DNA from: Vitrella brassicaformis CCMP3155
Taxonomy: Eukaryota; Protista; Chromerida
Length of the DNA stretch: 56,150 nt
NCBI GenBank assembly: GCA_001179505.1
Contig: CDMY01000536.1
Coordinates: 1-56,150 of the forward strand
Direction: 5' to 3'
This document shows positions 47,948-56,150 of the stretch, piece by piece. The translations under genes were made by a program, and so were the position numbers. Under the pieces are notes generated by a model that did no database searches, was not told the DNA's origin, and saw only the letters and a list, made by a program, of their open reading frames with translations. Numbering within the stretch: position 1 is the first letter of the stretch; every line of letters starts with the position of its first letter.

Positions 47948-50900
47948 ATGTCATCCTCTTCATCGGAGGGCAATGGGTCCTTTCTGCTGGAGGTGTGCGG
48001 ACCTGGTGGAGCGGTTGGTGCCCAGCCCACAGCCACCTGGAGCCTGGACCTTATACCAGGTGGGTCACAGGCCGCGGGATGGATGGATGGATGGGGTGGT
48101 GGGCAAAGGAACGAGCCTGACGATGCAATCAATGCTTCAGTTGAACCACTCTGGCTGTGTGTGTGTGTGTGTGTATGCTGTTGGGTCTCAGCGGACTGCG
48201 CCAACCTGCTGGTGCAGTATACCGATACCAAGTCGCTCAGCAAACTGACCCTTGTCAATCGGTGGGCACGCGGCACCATTATTTGTGTGGCGACTGTGTG
48301 TGTGTGTATGTGGATATACTTCTCTTCTTTTCTCTTGTCTTGTCTACCCTGCCTGCCTGTCGGACCGTATGCATGGTGCCTGCAGTGTGATGCGAGACCA
48401 TGCCCTGGACGATGTGCTGTGGGAGCGAGCCTTCAATCGCAAGTTCAGGAACGCCACGCCCGCGCCCATTACAGGTGAAGGGCAGGAGCGGGTGCCACCC
48501 GAACGGCTCGGCTGGTTCAACTGCTTTATACGCAAGAGCGTTGAAATGGTGAGAGAGAATGGCGAGGACGCAGGGGATGTCGAATGATAATGGTGGTTGG
48601 TTGGTTGGTGTGGATGGCCCAGACTGTGAGGGGCAAGACTTTGCAGACGGTAGATCGGAATGATGCGTTGAATGAGAACGAGTCTGTGCGGTGAGCGACG
48701 GAGCACAAAACACAAAAGACGTACAGGCTCGACACGTGCGCACTGGTTCCGGTCTGTGCGTGTGTGTCTGTCTGTCCGTATTTCTTTCTTTCTGTCTGTC
48801 TTCAGCCACCTGACTGCGCTGCCTTCGGGCATGATTCTTAGCGTTTCGTCCAATGGCATGATCCGCCTCTGGTGAGAGCTGAGCAACCGACATGATGTAC
48901 TTGACGCCTGGCGCTGAGGTGATTGTCGATGCGCATGTGTGTGTGCCATGTTTGTTCACAGGGGGTATGACGATATCGTCGAGGAGACGGTTGCGCTCAC
49001 GACCCACCACATGGCCCCGATCGCCACCCCTGCCCCAAGCCCCTCCCCCCCAGACCAGACACACCCCGCCCCCGCCCCCGTCCCCGAGAGCAGCCCCGGC
49101 TCTCAGCACATGCCAGACCCATCCAGCCCACCCCTGCCCGCTTCATCGCCGCCCACGCCACTCACACACGAGTGCCCACACTCCGATGCAGAGTTCGTCC
49201 CAACAGATGTGCAGAGTCCCGCCCGCATTGCCGGCGACTCGCCGCCGCAGCTGGCCGTGTCGCATCCGCAGGGCGGCATCATGATGCAGAGGATGAGCAA
49301 GGAGGAGCCGGTCTCCATGGGCAAGCGCGCCAAGAGGAGACAGCGGTTGGAGAGCAAGAGGGAGCGGGAGGGGGAGATGGCCAGCCTCGCCTCGCCGTCG
49401 GATGCCGACGCGGCCGCCGACATGCGGCCGGTCTCGGCGGACCCTCGGGTGCATCATCAGAAGGGTGGTCGACGCTCGTCCAAGTCCGGCAAGCATGCGA
49501 TGGCCATAGCGATGCACTCAGATCTGGAGGGTGAGACGGCCAAGGGGTCGGGCCTGCTGCCGTCGCTGCAAGTATCGCCCCCATGGGCCAACAGCTGTGC
49601 GAGTGATGCGAGTGTGGAGTCGTGTGGGCCTCTGGAGGAGCTGCCCGAGAACGCATTGCTGGCCCTCGACATCCAGGAGGGGTCTCCCGTGGCCCAGCTG
49701 CAGCTGTCGACCGATGACATGACTTTGAAGGTGCCTCCATCGGCGTCGGCGTCCAAGCAAACCAGGGGAACGGGCCAGAAGACGCTCCTCGAGATGGTGC
49801 AGGAGTCGACTAAGAAGGGCGGCATCAGCGACACCAGCCGCACTTCGTCAATGGAGGCAGACGACGCACCACGCGTCGGACACGACACGCCGCAGCAAGA
49901 CCCTGCCCGATCCTCCCAATCCCCCTGCCCGTCACCAGCACCAGATGCCTCCCCATCTCAATCTGCGCTGCCCCTTCCCCCTCCCCCCGGCCCCAATACC
50001 TCGTCGGCCAAGCCCGGCGGGCGCAAAGAGAAGAAGGCGGCCAAACGCGCGGCGATGGAGGAGAAGAAGGCATGGAGGGCCGAGATGGTCAAAAAGAACA
50101 AGGCGAAAAAGGGCGGTGTCCTCGAGGCGCCCTCTCCCATCAGCGCGCCGCCAACCACTAGCAGCAGCCCGGCGGACAACAGGGAGGCGTCTGTCGGCCT
50201 GTCAGCCGAGTTCCTGCCGTCGCTTGTGCACATCCAGTCGGTCACTGAGCGCCACCCCGGCTACGCGGCCAACGTTAGCGCGGCGATGCTGGCGGGGAAG
50301 CTGATCGACCCGTGTGACGGCAAGGGGCCGCTGCTGTGCGCGTCGATCGCCGCCGACACCAGGAAGATGATGAGTTGCATGATGCAGAAGGTGCCGCTGT
50401 TCGCCAACCGGCACCCGTCTTCGGCTCCGACCTTCGACCTAGAGCTGCCGGCCCTGCAGCTGGACATCGTGCCACAGGAGCCGCGCGCTGTCGAGCTGGC
50501 GGAAGTGGATGTGGGTGTGGGTGTGACGGCGGCGCTGTTTAAGAGACTTGGTGAGGAGGAGGAGGGCGGAGATGAGGTCGAGGATTCGTCACAGCCGCGG
50601 ATCGTTCTCCGCAGGGACGGATCCTCTGACAGGTGCGTGTGCATTCAGACACGTCTCGCATCGCATATGGCGGTTTCTCCCTTTCACTTGTCTGTCTGCC
50701 TGCCTGACTGCGTTGATATGATGCAGCACGGATGAGCCGCCACACGCCAGCACCCGAGGCTGGTCGACCGAGACGCTCGGCTCCACCCAACCACCACCCA
50801 TCGAACCCCTCTCGCCCAGAGACACCCAAGAGCCTCCCCGCCAAGTCAGTGGCGATTCGACGACATCCGCGTCAGCGGATCTGCGCGTGACGGCAGTGGC

Positions 50901-53356
50901 CTTGTCTGGAAACGGGTGTCTGATGCTGATCGGTCTCGAGAGTGGCGACGTGCAGCTTTGGGAGGTGGCGCCCGGGCGCTGGGTTTCGGGGCTGGGTCAG
51001 AAGGGCGGGGGCAAGGGGGTGCCGGGGGGCTCTGTCATGTGGGCAGAGGACGCTACTGGGCTGATGGCCTGCGGATTTTGTGACACGTCGGCTATGAGTG
51101 CTGCCGCATGTCAGTGAGATACATACTATCTAGCTACACCGACACGACACACGAGAATCGAACCGATCTTTGTGCATTCCTGGCTGGCTGCTTGTTTCTC
51201 TCTCTCTCTCTCTCTGTTCGCCTTTCCTTCCCTTGTCTGTCAGTTTGCAGCGAGCCTTCGACTGGGGTTCCTCTCGGTTTTTCGCAGATGCGCGCCGCCG
51301 CATCGGATCTGGCCGCCAGCCTCACACAGCCCGGCCCGAGACGCAGCTCACTGCCAGGCACACACACCACACAGAAACCACAGCTCTTACTCGGCTCCCC
51401 GCGGCTCACAGCCGCCAGCCCGCCCTCACCGCTGCTCGGCCCAGTGCCGGCAAACACTCCCTCGTCGTTCCCCATCGCTGTGGGGGCTCTCATCACGGGC
51501 GAGATGGTCGTGTGGACTCTCAAGAAAGCCATGACGGAGGACAGCATGGCGCCGCCCATGACGCTTCATTGGCAAGTGGTGCCACCGAGCCCGAAGGCCA
51601 GCAAGGGGCTCTCCCCGAGCCTCCTGCCGTCACCATCACCCCCAGCACCCCCTGCAGCATCTGCATCAGCGTCAGCTCCCCAGGCCTCCCCACAGCCCAG
51701 CCCTCTGCTGCGGCCTGAGGCGTCCCCCGAGCGGCCACTGCTGCACCTGCTCAGCGTGGTACCTTGGACACCTCAGACCGAGCAGCAGATCGAGAACACA
51801 CCCAGAGGGTCGCTGGGGCGGCTGCGTGTGTGGGTCGGCGTGGCTGGCGGGGTGGGGGGCGCCAGGGTGTGCAGTGTGCAGGCCATGGCCGGTGCTGGTG
51901 CTGGGAGAGAGAGGGAGAGGGAGAGGGATGGTCCTGGCCGGGTGGTGTCGCCGAGGAGTGCTCGCGGGCCGTTGTCGTCTGTGGGGGCGTTAGGGTCGTC
52001 GGAGGAGAGGTGGGTGGTAGAGGAGCTGGTGCAGGGCTCCGCTGCTCTGGCCTCGCTGGCCGTATTCACCTGCAACCTGGGGAGGGAGAAATTGTGCTCC
52101 TACTGTGTGGGAAGAGGTGGGTATGGACAGAGACACAACAGGCACGCACACACGGCGACATGCACAGGGCCATGCCATGGGTGTGTGTGTGCGCGTATGT
52201 GTTCAGTTGACGGCTCCATCTGCCGCTACGACATCAAGGCCGTCACCCTGTCGGGTAAGATGACCACCGACCTCATCACACACGAGGGCCTCCAGAGAGC
52301 GCCGCCCACTCCTACACCCACACCCACGCCCACACCACCCGCACCAGACCAACCAGACCAGCCGGCCCAAGAAGGCACCACACACACACGGGAGGAGACG
52401 GAGCATAAGGACGCCAACACGTCCGGCGGCAAGAGACAGTCCCTGACGATCGCCGTGCCGCCCCGCGGCGGCGAGGAGGTGCTGGGGATGTCTCGGTGGA
52501 CGGTGGTGTGCGAGCGGCGGTGGAAGGTGAAGCGGCAGGGCAAGAAGGCCGTCTCGGCCATGGCCGCCTGCCCCATGCTGCACATACTCATTACTGGCTG
52601 CGAAGACGGAGCCTTCCGCTTCTTCGTAAGCACCAAATATTATCACCTGAGCATCACATCACTGTGGGCGGATTGGGGGTGCGCTTCACGTGTTCAGGAC
52701 CTGTGGTCGGGGGAGTGTTACCGGTCTGTGTGGCCCCACGGGCAGGGCGTGGGGATCCGTGCGCTCGCCTTCAGCACGTACAGAGGGGTGGCCGTCAGTG
52801 CAGGCGCACAAGACAAGACACTCAAGGTGCGCTGCCCAACGGAACACCTCGTCAACCAACCGTCCTGCCTCCATCCATCCATCCATCATTCTATTTGTCT
52901 GTCTGTGTGTGTGTGTGTGTGTGCAGTTCATGCGCTTCTTGGGCGGCCGCGATTCGTTTGACGTGGCCCGGCCACACGTGGGGCGCAAGGGCAACCAACG
53001 GCGTGGAAGCGGACACCCCACAGCCAAGCTGGGAACCGGCAAGGTGAGTGAGATCATACCCACACACACACGGATGCGTTGATGCGGCGAAGGACGCAAT
53101 GGTGTGTGTGCATCCCCTATCTAATCAGGGGTATCTGCAGGGCGACTGGCGGGGAGTTGTCTGCGACTCGCGACGGGGCCTAAGAGGTTAGTGAGGAGAC
53201 CAACACTCCACACCACCCCACACCCACACAAATGCAGCTGCCGCACGGGCGTGTCTGCACTGGCTTGTTTGCTCAGATTTGGAGGCCCGCATCAAGTCGC
53301 TGGATGTTGACAATGACGATTTTGATTTCTTCGAGGGCAAACACAAGAGATTCTGA
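47948..53356 (+). CDS. F-box-like / WD40-repeat protein with long Pro/Ser-rich inserts
   Basis: F-box-like segment (LLVQYTDTKSLSKLTLVN..DDVLWERAF). WD-like repeats: ILSVSSNGMIRLW, VTAVALSGNGCLMLIGLESGDVQLWE, LITGCEDGAFRFF, VSAGAQDKTLK. Ends FEGKHKRF-TGA; exon model partial. Confidence 0.68.
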
Positions 53357-54825
53357 TTGACCATGAGTGCCACTCACTCACAGATGCATGCTATGAGTTC
53401 ATCTCTACTAGAGAGAGAAAGAGGCAGCCGTTTCGCTCTTTCTTCGCCGCCTGTGCCTTTCTCGTACATAGCTGTCTGTAGCCTTGCGTAAGTGTTCGTT
53501 GTCGTCATATTGGTTGCCTGCCTGCCTGCCTCCCTCCCTAGGCTACAGCAGAGCAGTCCCACCCCTCCCCACCCACCATCCGCTCTTCAGCCAGGCACCC
53601 CACCCCCCACACACAGAGCAGGTCATGCTGATAGATTTCATGTGTAGGGACCACTCGGTCGGCAGCTGAAGCCGCGACGTACCACGTCGCGGCTGTTTTC
53701 TCTCTCGTGCGCATGGCATGGCTATCTCGCTAGCTATGACTGGCTGGTGGCTGTGGCCGCTGGGGTGGTCGAGAGGGAGGGCGATGCCCACCCACATCCA
53801 TCTCTCGTTGATCTGACCTCACTGACTGACTGACTGACTGGCTGACGTTTTTGCGCCGGGCCCGCCTGCCTGCCTCTCGTCATGTGTGTAAGTGAATGTA
53901 CAGCCCCCTCCCCCCCCTTCCCCCCTCTCTGCCTCCCCTCTCATGTCCTTCCTTCGTATGCGTCGGTGGGACCCTTGGCCATTTTTGCGCTGTGTGAGTC
54001 GGTCGAGTCAGTCAGCTGGATGCAGACAGCACAGACAGACAGCCAGCGGATTTCTCTCTGATCGAGTGGGAAGGGCTGAGGAAGACACAGCCCGTGTGCT
54101 GTGCTATCGATGAAGCCCTCGCTCCTCTTCTACCTATGTCCATGCATTGACAAACGGCTGGCTGCAGTGCTGCCTTCTCTTTAACTGGCCGGGCCGCACA
54201 TGTGTCTGAGCGTCGCTGCCCCTTGTTGGCTATGGATCCTAGTAGCCAACGATGCGGTGTGCTACTCTCCGTTCAACGATCGGAGAGCGGTATCCCGTGT
54301 CCGAAGCTGCAAGAATCCACGACGAGCCGAGCCGGGCCGATGACGCAACCCTATTTCAAAGCAGTGTGTGTGGCACTTGCTTGTTTCAAGTCACTCAAAA
54401 CACTTGAATAGGCCCGAGCTCTCATGTCTGTCGGTATTTGTATATTGTGTCGTCAACCAAGATGACGAGTCAGTCAGTCAGTGATCCATTGTACAGTCAG
54501 TACACATCCAGTCACAGAATACACTGCTCGTTCTCTCTCCTTCGTTCCCCCTCCGGATGCACCACTACTCAACGTGACTGTGTTGAGGCGGCGTGCATCC
54601 GGATGGGGAACTCAGAAAAGGCAACGAAGCAATCCGCAGACAAGGGGTCAACTCACGTCACCACGACGCGTCAGTCATGTCGCCTCGCCAACCCGTCGAC
54701 CGACCAGCTGAAAGCCATCCGGCCATCTCACTGACTGGAGCCACAGCCAACCGTCTCCCTCCCTCTCTCTCTCTCTCCCCTCCGAGCCCTCCCTCCCTCC
54801 CCTTGGCACCTGCCTGCCTGCCTGC

Positions 54826-55959
54826 CTATCGCGCTGCGTTCCTCTTCCTGCACTGCGCCCAGTATGCACTCCGGTCGCCCCGCCCGCCCGCAATGCCATA
54901 TCGCATGTTGAGCCGGCCACACAGGGGGCGCCGCACAATGAGCGACGACGGCCGCTTGGGGCACCTGGTCTTCTCCCATATGCACACGCCCCACAGGCTC
55001 TTGCGCGGCTTGTGGTTCTCGGCCCCATTGCCGCCGCCGTGGGGGTGGTTGGATGGGTTCATGGCCACCCCCCGAACCTCTGGCCTTCGACCCAGGTGGC
55101 GGTTGGTGCCTGCCTTGCCGAGGATGGTCATGCTGCGGAGGACATTGGAGACCTGGCCGACGGTCGCCCAGCAGTCCAGGGGGAACTTGCGGATCTCCGT
55201 CGACATGAGCTTGATGGTGGCGTGCTGGTCGTCCTTGCTCAAAATGGTCGCGCACGCACCCGCCGCGCGGATGAACTGCCCCCCGCAGCCCGGCCTGATC
55301 TCCAGGTTGTGGATGATAGTCCCCACGGGGATCTTCCTCAGCGGCAGGCAGTTGCCCGGGCCGATGTTGGCGTTCTCGGACGACAGCAGCCGGTCGCCGG
55401 GACGGATGGCTCGGGGGGCGATGATGTAGGACAGGACGCCGTCCTCGTACTGCACCAGAGCCACGTGCGCGCCTCGGTCGGGCGAGTGCTCGATGCGCAG
55501 CACGGTGCAGTAGATGTCCCGACGGGCTCGCTTGAAGTCGACGAAGCGGATGCGCATGGGATGTCCGCCGCCGCGGTGCCTCGTGGTGATCTGGCCTGTC
55601 TCATTCCGCCCCGAGTGCTTGAGCCGCCGCCACGACAGCTTCTCCATCACACGGCCCTGAAAGAGCCTCTGAGGGTTGCCCTCGAGCAGGCGCAAGATCT
55701 TGGTCTGCTTGGCCATCGTGAAGGCGTTGACCACGTGTGGCTGCGGGAGGGGCTTCTTGGGGAAGCCCGTCTCGAAGTCAATGAAGGGGGCGTGGTTGCG
55801 CTTGATGTTGGGCGCGTAGATGTGCGCATGGCGAACGGAATGGCACCTCCACGCAGCTGAGGGGCACGGCGCAGGGAGGGAGGCAGATGAAGGGGTGAGA
55901 AGGGACGCTGCAGCCCTTGCGGACGTGCCGGCTAGCCGAAAAGAGCGGGACGTCAGCAT
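54826..55959 (-). CDS. rplB: Ribosomal protein uL2, probably mitochondrial, intronless
   Basis: SGRNETGQITTRHRGGGH, IEHSPDRGAHVALV, IHNLEIRPGCGGQFIRAAG, GRRPEVRGVAMNPSNHPHGGG; Arg/Ser/Ala-rich N-terminus lacking acidic residues resembles a presequence. Confidence 0.96.
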   Translation of the reverse strand: MLTSRSFRLAGTSARAAASLLTPSSASLPAPCPSAAWRCHSVRHAHIYAPNIKRNHAPFIDFETGFPKKPLPQPHVVNAFTMAKQTKILRLLEGNPQRLFQGRVMEKLSWRRLKHSGRNETGQITTRHRGGGHPMRIRFVDFKRARRDIYCTVLRIEHSPDRGAHVALVQYEDGVLSYIIAPRAIRPGDRLLSSENANIGPGNCLPLRKIPVGTIIHNLEIRPGCGGQFIRAAGACATILSKDDQHATIKLMSTEIRKFPLDCWATVGQVSNVLRSMTILGKAGTNRHLGRRPEVRGVAMNPSNHPHGGGNGAENHKPRKSLWGVCIWEKTRCPKRPSSLIVRRPLCGRLNMRYGIAGGRGDRSAYWAQCRKRNAAR

Positions 55960-56150
55960 TTTTTGCCTCGGCTCAGCTCAGAGCTTCTTTGAGCTTTTTG
56001 GCTTTAAGGTAACGGAAAGCGACCAGATCGTCTGATCTCGAGTCTACTGTAAGAATAGGTGGGAGAGAGTCGGGGAGAATGGTGAAGAGAGGATCTGCCG
56101 GGCGGTCAGTCCCGGATAAAGGATTAAGTCAACGCAACGTAAGGTCTGTG

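Noticed and set aside
1-56150. CRISPR array, rRNA, tRNA, dinoflagellate-type spliced leader
   Set aside because: No regularly spaced repeat-spacer array, no recognisable rRNA or tRNA signature and no SL match seen by eye. A tRNAscan/Infernal run would be needed to exclude small RNAs.

Overview
Eukaryotic nuclear DNA: GC-rich, gene-dense and intron-rich, with microsatellite-filled introns and two 300-N gaps. The intron style and TLDc family motifs suggest a chromerid-type alveolate such as Vitrella (inference, not verified). Gene order: a diverged ~600-bp direct duplication around a 3' fragment of an RLE-type non-LTR retrotransposon; CC2D1-like C2 protein (-); CCR4/nocturnin-like EEP hydrolase (-); a rearranged zone with direct and inverted repeats; a large acidic protein with an N-terminal TPP1/Est3-like OB fold (-); an uncharacterised QACFLP-motif protein with FG repeats (+); RING-TLDc gene with an in-frame stop (+); internally deleted, frameshifted RPB2 pseudogene (-); CTNNBL1 (+); a ~15-kb VPS13-like gene (-); IMPase with a signal peptide (+); DNAL4 (-); F-box/WD40-like gene (+); intronless mitochondrial uL2 (-). 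The best leads are the candidate shelterin TPP1/Est3 homologue and a consistent intron polarity of (CA)n near the donor and (TG)n near the acceptor, which could pair to bridge splice sites. Exon boundaries were read by eye and no searches were run. I saw no CRISPR array, rRNA or tRNA.
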